A stretch of 64,000 bases of DNA from the NCBI GenBank assembly GCA_016748015.1, contig JAAOMT010000597.1:916126-980125 (forward strand), given 5' to 3'. Positions 51,630-63,774 of this stretch are shown here, piece by piece; positions within the stretch are counted from its first letter, which is position 1, and each line of letters opens with the position of its first letter. The DNA comes from Geosiphon pyriformis uo1 (lineage: Eukaryota > Fungi > Glomeromycota). The notes under the pieces are model-generated. The model saw only the letters and a program-made list of their open reading frames with translations. It ran no database searches and was not told where the DNA came from. The position numbers and the translations under genes are program-made.

Positions 51630-53915
51630 CTCTTTGTCTCCTTAATTTTATGACCACGACCAGAGCAAAGAGTAAAAAAGCTGCACCTAATATCTGTCCT
51701 GAGATATTTAATAAAATTTCAACCAGAGGAGCTCTTTCTGTTATAGAAGCAACTAGACAAAACGTTTTAGAAGCTTTTTCCCTACCCAGTAATCGTGATA
51801 AGCTGCCTTTGGTAGCCACTGAAGTGACTTCCTCATCTTTGGCTGGTTTCTCACCAGTCAAAGTCCTTTCAAAGAAACACATCTGGATTAGTCTCAGTAT
51901 TGCCTCCACCCCAACCAAGAGCCCAAAAGTTTTTAATAATAGACCAGTAAATAAGCTGGTCTTCTCCTCTATAGATTCAACATCTGGTGCTTCTAGCACC
52001 ATCTCTTCAAAAAAAAAAATGGTCAAAAAGACCAAAAATTCAGAAAAGTGGGGGCAGTTGCTTGCTTCTGCTATTGTTACACCGAACCCCTTTGTGGTTC
52101 CCAATGAAATCTTAGATGAGATTTCCATAGCATCATCTGGCACATCATCCAAGATAGGCCAAGATCAACCACTGGCTGTGTTGTCAAATGTGGTATCTTC
52201 CGGCAGATCATTGCTGGTTTTAGAAGCAAAACAATCTTCTTCTGTTAGATCATCTGTTCTTGGAAACTGGGCTGATCAAATGGAAACTGAGTCATCTCCT
52301 TCTTTAGTTTCTGGTGCTACTTCTGGTGGTGCTTGGGAAACTATTACTAATCATCAAAAATTTGCTGGATGGGTGGCCTTCACTCTGGTGTCTGGTGCTA
52401 CTTTTAAGATCAAATTGGCTCATGTTAAGGCTGTTTTTCAGTCTGTGCATGGTTTCTTGGATGCTAAATCTGTTTCAAAAGACAATGTAAAGCTTTTCTG
52501 TGTGAAGTTTGCTTCTGAACATTCTTTGGAAGCTGCATTTTTGGTTGAGCTTACAAGCTCTGTTCATTTGGCCACTTTCAAAATTGCCAAGTCTTTGATG
52601 GTTTCTGAATCTGGTTCCTCTTCTGCTGCTGTTGTGCTGTGTGATGTGCCTTTGGATGTGTCTGCTGCTAACATTAAGTTGGCTCTCAGTGTGTTTGGTA
52701 GTGTCACTTGTGTTGTGCTAAAGCCTGCTGGCATTTGGCAGTACATGGTGGTTTATTTTGAAAAGTTGGATTCTGCTGTGTCTGCCTTGAAGCATTGGTT
52801 AGTCTTGATATGCAAGGATAATGTTAGAATCCTCCCTCTGGTGAATCAAAATGAGACTATTTTGTTTCGTAATAAGTTTAAGGCCAAATTGGTCAACCTT
52901 CTCTCTGGCTGTACTGCCTTTGAAATCAGTGATATGATTTCTCAGATTGGTGGTCGAACATGTTTCATCCCTTGTTCTCCTGATTCTGGTTGTCGTTCCT
53001 GGTTTGCTTTGGTTATATTTGACTCTCAAGATGATTTGGATTCTGCTGTGGTCAAGACTGATACTCTAAGGAAATGCTGTATCTGATGGGAAACTCCTGG
53101 CTGCTGGCACTGCTTTAGGTGTCAAGAAATGGGCCATCTGGCCATGAATTGCAAGATTTTCCCACCTTCTACTCCCAAGGTTCCCAAGGTTTTCAAGTCT
53201 TGTTTTGTGGGTTTTGCTTTATATGCCAAAACTGCTGCTCCTTCTGGTTTTTCTGAGTTTCCTCTTTTGGTGGCTTCTTTGGCTGCTTCTGCTGCTGATC
53301 CTGCTGTTGGTTCTAGATTGGACTTTTTGGAAAAGCAGATTTCAGATTTGGCTGCTCTGGTTAAGTTTATTATTGAGCTTGTTGGTTTTTTGGTTGCTTT
53401 GGTGTCTTGTCTTCTTAATAATAATGCTGTTAAGACTGTTCAAGTCGAGAAAAATCTCATTTTTATGAAGAGTGCTGCTAACAATTTTTCTAACCTCTTG
53501 GTTGAGGTTTCCAAGGACATTGCTTGTCTTAGATCTGAGGTTGACTTTGGTAATATAGATTATGATGGTATACTGGCTGCTAAGCCTTTCTTTTTAAGTA
53601 AGAACACTATTAAGTATGTTATTGCTTTGTGGCATATGTTTGGTGCTGAAACCAGAGGCAATATTGAGTCTACTAGATTGTTTCTTAGTGAGTTTATTTT
53701 TGACTCTAGGAATCTGAATGGTATCATTGAAAGAATTTGTGAGTTGGGATTATTTCCACCTACTTTTAATTCAGCATAGTGAGTCCTTGATTGGGCCGAG
53801 TGTCTGATCACATGTAGAAAACGCATGATTTATGCCTATAATGTAATCTCTTATATGGTATTATAGTTTTAGGTAATATTTGGGTCTCGTTCGTTAAAAT
53901 ATAATAAAAAAAAAA
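51630..53915 (+). mobile_element. ORF1-only non-autonomous non-LTR retroelement (HAL1-like), best-preserved copy
   Basis: One ORF, then a ~125-nt tail shared with the LINE, then poly(A) at 53906-53915. Confidence 0.88.
51650..53779 (+). pseudogene. LINE-ORF1p-like protein, 709 codons, single premature stop (TGG>TGA at 53084-53086)
   Basis: ORFs 51584-53086 and 53129-53779 are in the same frame. Ser-rich N-terminus, RRM-like blocks, CFRCQEMGHLAMNC knuckle, coiled-coil C-terminus. Confidence 0.88.
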
Positions 53916-54087
53916 TTTATTAACTTTTAAAAATACAAAAATTTAAAATTTTTAGTAATTTTTATATATTATTGAATTATTATTAAAATTTCTAATATTT
54001 TTAAAATCTTTTTTGGTTTTTTAAAATTTTAATATTATATTATTTACTAACTTTTAATATTTGATTTGTTATTTCTATTATATACAA

Positions 54088-56617
54088 TTAGCTTTTGTTG
54101 ATGATACTATCTGAGTTGAGAGTAGTCAGACTGTTACACAATTTATATTGAACATTGCTAATAAGTTCTTTGTAATTAATGATATTTTAATTAATAATGA
54201 CAAAACAGTAGCCATTTTTATTAACCAGAGAGTTTGAAATGCTGTTTTCAAAATCAGTAGGTTGTCTATTTTGATTGCTAAACATGGTGTGCCTCATAGA
54301 TATTTGAGTATATTTTTGTCGACTGATGGTTTGTCTAAGCCCAGCTTGGCTAAAGCTCAGTCTGATGTCAAATTCTTTTCAAATATGGTGCTACGTAAAG
54401 CTATTTCAAACAAACAATTCATGTATTTGGTGTTAGCTGTACTTCAACCCATTGTTAGCTATCATACACAATTTAGTTTTGTGTCTTCTGCTGTTTGTCA
54501 GTGCTGAGATGGTCTGGTTAGAAAAGACTTTAAGTCAAAGGCTGGTTTGTCCTGAGATTTTTCAAATGAGGTGCTCTATCATTCTTTACTTTATGGTCTG
54601 AAAATATTCAAACAAGTTCAAGCTAAATGGAAGTCTTCTTCTGTCATAAGTTTTTCTAATTCTTCTGGAATTGTTAGTCAGCTTTTTGAGTACCACTTCC
54701 TGGATTTGCAGATTTTGGGCTGGGCCCCTCTTAATCCCCTGCAATTCTCTGTAAGGCTGCGTGTTGCTCTTTCTAACAACTTTCTGGCTGAGATAGTGCG
54801 TATTTTTTTAATCAATAAGATATCTATGATGAATAATTTGCTTAATGCTTTCTTAGTCCTGGCAAATATCCTGTCTCTGGTGTCTTAGAGCTTTTTTTGT
54901 ACTATGATTAAGTTAGTTATTTAAAAAGATTTGGTGTAGCTTTCTGTGATAGACTTTTAGATAAACGAGATAAAGTTTTGAATTAGTAAACATTCTGGCA
55001 TTGGAAGAGACTGGATCCCAGAGAACTTGTGCCTTCTTGGTTTATATTGGTGTCAAGATTTTTGCATGATGAGGTTCTTTTGTCAACTCTGTTCAATAAC
55101 AATTCTTTGGTAGATGTCAATGATGTTTTGCTTTTGGATCAATTTTTTGCTGTTAAAAATAATTTGCTTGAAGTCTGGTCACATTCTATTTCTGTTTTTA
55201 CAGATGGCTTTTTGAAGGAGTTTGGCTCTGTTGATGTGACTGAAAGTGCTGCGACGTTTTTTCTTAAGATTGAATTGGGCATTGAGGTTAGAGTTATAGG
55301 TTTATTGTTTTCTACAATAGTTGAATTGCAGGCTGTTGCCTTGGTGCTGGAGTGTGTACCTTCCTTTTGTTCAGTGGAGGTGTACTTGGACAGCCAAGTT
55401 GCCTTAAATGCATGTGTTTCGGAATCGAGATCAGATGGCTCTGATTTTCATAATTGTTGTTAGATGGAGAGGAGACATATTGCGAATTTAATTGTTCAAA
55501 AAGACATTTTTGTGAGCTGGTTAAAGGTCAAAGGACACTTCAGTGTGCTGAATAATATTTGTGCAGATGCGTTGGTGAGTATTTCTGCTCAATTCTCTCT
55601 GTTTTTGCTGACTAATGTACATGAACACTTTTTAATGACCAATAACATGCTGATTTTTGGCAATATTTGACACTTTGTTCGGAATATTTTTAGATCTGTG
55701 AATTGCATGCACTAAGAAGTTGGTCTTGGTTCTAAAATTTTGGGTGGTTTTTTGATTTGTGACATTAACTAGGTTTGAATCATGACTGTCTGGCATCCAG
55801 ATTCAGGTATGCTTTCAGGTTCTATGAGTAGACATTTGGCTGGTTTGCACTCCTATTTCATGAAAGCGGTATATGACAGACTACTTGTCATGGTTAAAAA
55901 GAGGCTTTATAACAAAAACTACTCTGAGGTTTTGTGTTTACAATATAGAGAAGTTGAGTTTTCTGATCATGTGTTTACCTGTGGCAAGGAATCTATCTTC
56001 TATAAGGAGATTCTATTTGAGTTTGTGTTAACTTGGAGGTTTTTGGCTGGTTTTTGTCTTCCAGCTCCTTCCATGGTTTCAGATTCTCTTCTCTCGTGTA
56101 TGTTTAATGTCAGCTTGTATGTTCTTCTTTGTAAAGGCTTTGTGCTGACAGAATGGTTTAAAGAAGCTGTGCGGATTTTTGTGGATTGCAAAGAGGCTCT
56201 CCGGGTTCTGGTTGACTTTGTGTGAAGTGTGAGTACACATTACTATTTTAAGTTGTAGGGATTCAGGTTTAGGTTTAGGGCTAACATGGAAAGAGACATT
56301 TTGGTTGGTGACTCAGGGGTGTTGTCATTGGTTCATTATGGCTCAAAGCGAAGTTTGTCAGATAGTATAGTTAGATTGATTGGTATTGATGATTCTTTTG
56401 AAGTGAATTTTGGTTTTTGTAGACCTTATTTGTTTTTTTTTGGTTTGTTTAACATGGTATCTATTCATATAAGTGCATAGTGTCACTTTGATTAGTCCAA
56501 GTGACTGGTCACATGTAGTAAGTGCATAAATCACATATAGCTGGAGTTCATAGTTTTGACTCTGTATATTAGGTAGTGATTGGGCTACACTTGTTAAACT
56601 GTAAATAAATAAAAAAA
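54088..56617 (+). mobile_element. 5'-truncated LINE (RT C-terminus, RNase H, Zn motif, 3' tail)
   Basis: AFVDDTI*V, HRYLSIFL, VFTDG, ELQAV, YLDSQ, KVKGH, CLQYREVEFSDHVFTC; stop at 56480; tail and A-rich end. Confidence 0.93.
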
Positions 56618-56619
56618 TA

Positions 56620-58826
56620 CAATTAAACTTCTATAAAAAAACACAATTGGGACATGTAAATTATGTTCTATTTTAGAAGTGTTTTATTATAAAGTTTTAT
56701 AATTATTATTAAATAAACAATATTTATTTATTAAATCAATTAATTATTATTATTATTATTATTATAATATTGATTAATTGTTAACTGTTTTTTAGAATTT
56801 TTCTTTATTTTTCATATTTATATAATTTTTTCTAAGTAAATTTTGGTTTTTTATACTAAAATTTTCTTCTGTTAATTGCTCTTTAAATCTAATTACCTTT
56901 TTTAATGTTTCATATACTTCTGTAATTGTAATTATAGCAGATGAAAATTTTTCTAATTCTTTTTTCGAGTTATTAATTGTATTGGTTTTAATTTGAACAT
57001 TAGCTAAAACCATATCTACAATTTTATTATCATCAAAAAAATTTTCAGTTGTCAATAATTTATCAACTGCTATAGTATAATCTTCGAAATTTTTGACCAA
57101 TTGTTGTGTATTTGATGGTAAATTGTTGAATATATTCATAGCAATTGATTTTTTGAATTCTTAAATTTCTAATTCTTGATTATAGAAAAGAATATCTGTT
57201 TTTTGTCAACAGTTTTGAATTGTAACAGATGTTACTTAAAACCATAATTGAACAACATAATCAATTGCTTGTTTTATGTTTAATTTATTTCTAAAAAATA
57301 AATTAATATTAGATAAAATTATATAATATATAATGATAATAATATTGTATATATTATATTACTTAACTGTTTAATATTAATTTTTTGTTCAAATTAATAT
57401 AAAATATGTTGACAATATAAGTACTTATATTTGTTTTTGAAAGATTTGATAATTTTAATATCTATTAGTTAAAGATGTAATATAGTATTTAAAAAAAAAT
57501 AGTGCAAAGTAATATTGGTCAATTGGAATAAATCTTCTCCAATTTAAGTATAATATGAAGTTGCATTATCAACCAAAAGTAATATATGCTAATTTTGAAT
57601 TCAAAAGCTTTTATTTATATATTTGAGCCATGCTTTTCATATATTTGAGCACATTCATGCTTTGAAATTGAATTTGTAAATTACAGATAGGTTAAAAGTA
57701 TTAATTTTTTTTTGAATTTTTTGCATGTCCAATTACTAAAGATTGTAATTTATAAGATTCAGTTGAATTTGTAGCAAAAAAAATTGTAATCCAAGATTTA
57801 TTCTATAAAAAACCCAATTAATTTAATAACAATAATATATAATGATAACAATTAGTAAATATAATATACTAATTTTTTTGTATTTTAATATTTTGTAAGT
57901 ATTTGATTTGGTTTTATACAAAAAAATAATTCTGTTTTATCAGCATTATATATGTTAGCAGGATCAAATTCGAATATAATAATTGTTAATTTTTTTTGTT
58001 CTTCTAATAAACTTTTAATTGATATACTTTCTGCTTTATCATAAAATTAGTAAATACATAACTGGTTTTTTTTTTGAATTTTTGAATCTATTTATTTAAA
58101 AATTGTATTTTATTTTTGTGTATACCAAAAAGTTTAACAAATTTTTTTTTTTCTTTTTAATTAGTTGATTATTAAATTTAATAGTAGCTGCAGTTATTTG
58201 TTCTACCTAATAACTAAAACTTGGTTTAATAATAGAATTTAATATTTTTGTGTCAAATAAATCTTTTTGAGATTTCATTAATTTCAATATTCAACTACTT
58301 TGCATGCTTTTTGGATATTTATAATTGAAATAAACTACAATATTATCATGTTTTATGCCATAATAATTTTTGGAATATTGACAAATTTTTTTATAAAAAA
58401 TATCATTATAACTGCTGCTTATTTTTATTTTTTAAATAAAGATTTTAACATTGTAATAATTTAGTAAGTTTGTTAGAAAATATGCTTATAATGATAATAT
58501 TAGATTTGGTTTTAGCAAATCTAAATAAGGGCTAAGTAACTATACATGAAAACAGATAAGATCAAAAAAAGTAAATCAATTTAAAAAAAGTTAGGATAAA
58601 ATCAATTTAATATATTTCTAATTATTAATTAACATTTAGTACATAATATTTGTTCTTATATAAAAATAAATTTTGAATAAATTTTGAATAAAATTATGTT
58701 CTTGTTTTTTTATAGATTATTCTTATATAAAAAAAAAATTGTTAATTAATCAATTAGTTGTATAAAAAAATGTTTTTTGTAAGAAGTTGTTCTTTTATCG
58801 AGAGTTTTTTTATAAAGATCTGACAT
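56620..58826 (-). mobile_element. pogo/Tigger transposon, heavily decayed (transposase ~58451-56740)
   Basis: IYNADKT, WITIFFATNSTES, HILLLVDNAT, TIQNC*. Left terminus TA|CAATTAAACTTCTATAAA (from CAGT..). Right TIR approximate. Confidence 0.78.
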
Positions 58827-59039
58827 TATTATTTTTTTTATATTATTTTATAAGTAATATTATTTATTATAAAATTAATACTTTTTTAAATTTATTTTTA
58901 TTAAAATTGCCATTTAAAATAACAAAAAAAAATTATTTATCTAAGCCAATTATATATTTAAAAAAATATTAATATCTAATCTTAAAACAATAACAAAAAA
59001 TTTATATTTAAATAGCAATTATTAATTAATTTATTAATT

Positions 59040-59230
59040 TATTTATTTTTATTTTATGAGTGAGACCCAATTACTATCTAATATAATACAACTATCTAGA
59101 GTTCTAAATTAAATAAGATTTACACATTTGCTATATATAACCAGCCACTTAGCCAATCAAAACAATACTATGTAACTATATTAACTAAAATATTTCTAAC
59201 TATACTGGCAAAAAACAAATAATTAATTTT
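59040..59230 (-). mobile_element. Isolated 3' tail remnant of the LINE/ORF1-only family
   Basis: Reverse complement reads CATAG...GATTGGCTAAGTGGCTGGTTATATATAGCAAATGTGTAA...TTGGGTCTCACTCATAAAA plus an A-rich end. Confidence 0.75.
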
Positions 59231-59410
59231 TGAGCCAATTTATTTTTAAAATCTTATATATATATTTAATTAAATTATTGTTTACAATAATTATAATACC
59301 AAATTTTAAATAACTAAAATTTAAATTAAAACAAAAACTTTAATTTTTTTAAATTTATTTATAATTTAAAATTTAATTTAGTCTTTAAATTTATAATAAT
59401 TAAATTTTAA

Positions 59411-59920
59411 NNNNNNNNNNNNNNNNNNNNNNNNNNNNNNNNNNNNNNNNNNNNNNNNNNNNNNNNNNNNNNNNNNNNNNNNNNNNNNNNNNNNNNNNNN
59501 NNNNNNNNNNNNNNNNNNNNNNNNNNNNNNNNNNNNNNNNNNNNNNNNNNNNNNNNNNNNNNNNNNNNNNNNNNNNNNNNNNNNNNNNNNNNNNNNNNNN
59601 NNNNNNNNNNNNNNNNNNNNNNNNNNNNNNNNNNNNNNNNNNNNNNNNNNNNNNNNNNNNNNNNNNNNNNNNNNNNNNNNNNNNNNNNNNNNNNNNNNNN
59701 NNNNNNNNNNNNNNNNNNNNNNNNNNNNNNNNNNNNNNNNNNNNNNNNNNNNNNNNNNNNNNNNNNNNNNNNNNNNNNNNNNNNNNNNNNNNNNNNNNNN
59801 NNNNNNNNNNNNNNNNNNNNNNNNNNNNNNNNNNNNNNNNNNNNNNNNNNNNNNNNNNNNNNNNNNNNNNNNNNNNNNNNNNNNNNNNNNNNNNNNNNNN
59901 NNNNNNNNNNNNNNNNNNNN
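59411..59920. other. Assembly gap (510 N)
   Basis: Run of N. Confidence 1.
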
Positions 59921-60178
59921 TTCATTAAAAATTAATTTTTACTAAAAACACAAATAATATAATAAATTTAATTCAAAATTTTTTTATTTTTAAAATAAAT
60001 AATTATATTTTATATTTTATTAATAATAATAATATATATAATTTATAATATAAATTTTTTTAGATTTATTTAAAGGATTTTTAAAATTATAAACAATTAT
60101 ATACATAAACAAAATAAATAACACAGTTTTAAATTTATTTTTTTGTTATTATATTGTTTAATTTTTATTAGTCTTAAC

Positions 60179-60202
60179 TATATATATATATATATATATA
60201 TA
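60179..60202. repeat. (TA)12 microsatellite abutting an element tail
   Basis: Direct read. Confidence 0.9.
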
Positions 60203-62460
60203 TTATTATGCTTTTAATAAGTAAGACTTAACTCTTATTTAGAAATTAAAAGCAAACTAAATATTCTAGGGCTAAATAGAGTTTACATATTTTCTACATG
60301 TAACCAACTACTTGAGCCAGTTCAGATTATATTATATTAATGTTATTTTAGAAAAAAACTTACTCAAAGAAAACATATTTTAAACTATATTAAATAAAAT
60401 AAGACTACTAAAAACCAATCCAATAAGCCACTTAGCTGTTTTTAAAGAATTAAACCTAACATCAAGAGATTCAAATTTCTAAAGTACTATTAATTTACTA
60501 AATACTTTATTACTTACTTCAATTAAAACTTCAGAATCATCAGATAAATCAATATTTTTTATGCTGTATTCAGATTTTAACACTATTATTATCTTTTTCA
60601 ACTTACTAACAGATTTGCTGAAAGTACTCAAATATACTATAAGCTTATTAACTTTGTTTTTAAATTTGTTGCTTAACATAAAATCACTCTTAATAAATTG
60701 TTCAAAAGCAGTCACCAAACCACCAACAGATTTAATAATAAACTTAACTAAAGCTAACAACTTAGCCAAATCAGATTTCAAAAACACAAGCCAAAAAGTC
60801 ATTAAAGAATTTTCAACAATTACAAAAGAAGAGATAAGAGCTACCAAAGAGAGAAATTCAGAAAAAACCAAAGAAACAAAGACTTTAGCATATAATAGAA
60901 AACTGATTAAATACAGTTTAAACATCTTAGAAGCTATAAGAAAAGAAGATAGAGATACTTTGCAATTCAAAACTAGATAGTTCAAATCTTGGCACCAAAA
61001 GCAGTACCAATTTCTAGGAGTTTTCTATCAAATATAATACTTTTTTAATATACTAATCTTAAGAATCATAACATCCAATATTATCAAAGCAAACTAAAAA
61101 TGACAACCAGAATCAGAAAAGTAAGAAATAAAACATGTCTGACTACCAACTTGAAAAATTATATTACTAATTTTAAAAACTGTATAATTAGAAAAAAGTT
61201 TGACCAACTTGGTCTTAAATTTATCATAAAACAGAATAGTCTTATTTTGATTTATTAAGGGGAAAATCCTAACACTATTTTTATCTACCAAAACTAACCA
61301 ATAATTTAAAGCAAACACAGTAGAATCTAGCTTTTGAAAATAAACAATTACATATTACCAAACACCAGCAGGCTTCAGTACAATACAGAAAACATTACCA
61401 AATATACTTAAAACTGTCTTAATATTAGCAGCAGACATACCTAAAGACATATTACACAGCACAACAGCAGCAAAAGGGAAACCAAACTCAGAAACCACCA
61501 AAAACTTGGTAATTTTAAGAGTGGCCAAATGAACAAAGCTTGTAAACTCAACCAAAAATGCAGTTTCTAAAGATTTTTAAGAAGCAAACTTCATACAAAA
61601 AAGCTTTATATTGTCTTTTAATACTGACTTTGAATTCAAAAAACCATATACAAACTGAAAAACAGTCTTAACATGAGCCAATTTGACCTTAAAAATAGCA
61701 TTAAGAACTAGAGTGAAGGCCACCCACCCAATAAATCTTTAATAATTAGTAATAGTTTCCTAAACACTACTAACAGCAGTATCAAAAATCAAAGGAGATA
61801 AATTAATTTCCATCTGATTAGCCCAATTTTCAAGAACAGATAACATTACAAAAGATAATTGCTTTGCTTTCAAAACTGGCAATGATCTGCTAAAAGACAC
61901 CACATTTGACAACATAGCCAGTAATTGATCTTGGCCTGTTTTGAATAATATGCTGGATAATAAAACAGAGATTTTATCTAAGATCTTATTAAGAACCACA
62001 AAGAGGTTTGGTATAACAATAGCAGAAACAAGTGATTGTTTCCACTTTTTTGAACTTTTGGTTTTTTTAATTATTTTTCTTGAAAAGATAATACTAGAGA
62101 CACCAGATATTGAAGCTATAAAAAGGAAGACCAGTTTGTTTACTGGTCTATTATTAAAAACTTTTAGGCTCTTAATTAAAGTAAAGACAATACTGAGACT
62201 AATCTAAGTGTGTCTTTTTGAGAGAACTTTGACTGATAAAAAACCAGCCAAAGATAAAAAAGTTGTTTTAGTAGCTATTAAAGACAGCTTTTTATGATTA
62301 TTAAGTAAGAGAAAGACTTTTAAAACATTTTGCTTAATTGTTTTTATAATAGAGAGAGTTTTTTTGGTTAAAATTTTATTGAATATTTTAGGAAAGATAT
62401 TAGATGCAGCTTTTTTACTCTTTGCTTTAATCATAATCATAAAATTAAGAAAACAAAAAG
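60203..62460 (-). mobile_element. ORF1-only non-autonomous non-LTR retroelement (HAL1-like), copy 3; ORF 62440-60332
   Basis: ORF fragments 62204-62440, 61760-61999, 61355-61555, 61094-61318 and 60479-60985 are colinear with 51650-53779; conserved 3' tail. Confidence 0.85.
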
Positions 62461-63774
62461 CATATAATTTTTATTAATTAAAAAAAATATTTTAAAACCA
62501 AAATAATTACTTTTTTAAAAATTATAACTTAATTTAAATATATTTTTTGTTTTTTAAAATTATTGTGTATTTAAATTTTTTATTTTTAATTAATATTATA
62601 ACTTTTTGCAACTTTTTTTTAATAATAAATATAAATTTAATAATTTTTTAAAATTTTAAAAAAATAATAGTCTTTTAAAATAATTTATTATAAAAAATAA
62701 TTTTTTGACAATTATTAACAAATTAATATCTAAAATAAAATTTTTTTATAGATTTAATTATTTAAATCTTAAAACAATAAAATATAAAAATAAAAAAATT
62801 ATTATTTTATTTGTATTTATCTTTTTAAATTTAAAGTATTTAATAAAAAGTATAAAAAAGTCTTAACTTTTATTATTTGTTTTTTAATTAATATTAATAT
62901 TTAAAAGAATTTTTATCTTTTTTGCAAAATTAGTTTTTATATTTTTAAATTATTTAATACAAATATTATCTAAAAGTATTTTTAAAATTAAATTTATTTT
63001 ATTTAAGTTTTTAATATTTTAACCAAAACTTTAAATTTTTGTGTAAAAAAAAATTATTTATAAAACTATAAATAGTTTTATTTATTAATTTCTTAATTAT
63101 AGTATTAATAACTATTAAGTTTAAAACAAAAAAATTATTGTTTTGTAAAATAGTAATAGAAATATAATAAAAACAGATTTTTTTTTTAAAAACTGTTTTT
63201 TTACTTTGTTAAAAATATTATTAATATTATTGTTCTATTGTTTAAAAATTTATAAAAACTATAATATATGTTTTTTAATAATAAAAAATAATAAATTTAT
63301 TTAATAAAAATAAAAATAACTAATTAATAATTTTGTAAAAATATAAAGTATTAATATAAAACTATAATAAGGTTATTAAAACTTAAATATATAATGTTTA
63401 AAATAAAAATTAAATTAGTATTTAAATAAAAAATTATTAAATACATAAATAAAATAAAACCAAATAATTTTTTTAATTTATAATATAAGTTTAAATCACT
63501 GGTTACATATAAAAAATATGTAAGTAATATTTTTGTTACATATTTTAAGTTTTAATTATATTATATTTAATTAATACATAAAAATAACATTATTAAATTT
63601 GTTTTATTTATAATTTAAAATAAATAAACTTTTATTTAATAAGTTTTGAAGTTACATATATATATATAATAATAACAAAAATATATTTTAATAGTATTAA
63701 TTCTAATTTTTAAAACTTATAATTATCTTTATTTTAAAATAATAAAACGAATTTTATTCAATATTAATAAACAT

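Noticed and set aside
51565-52152. Antisense ORF recurring in all three ORF1-only copies (also 8455-9015, 61941-62207)
   Set aside because: Most simply the antisense shadow of a Ser-rich coding strand in homologous copies; no motif or independent support.
53084-53086. In-frame TGA read as Trp (genetic code 4) or programmed readthrough
   Set aside because: Homologous Trp codons in other copies appear as TAA or TAG as well as TGA, consistent with G>A mutation.
53802-53822. CTGATCA...GAAA resembling a hammerhead ribozyme core
   Set aside because: Other copies read CTGGTCA/CTGGTTA; the required CUGAnGA core and stem arrangement are not conserved.
59407-59925. 172-aa ORF of X residues
   Set aside because: Artefact of the N gap.
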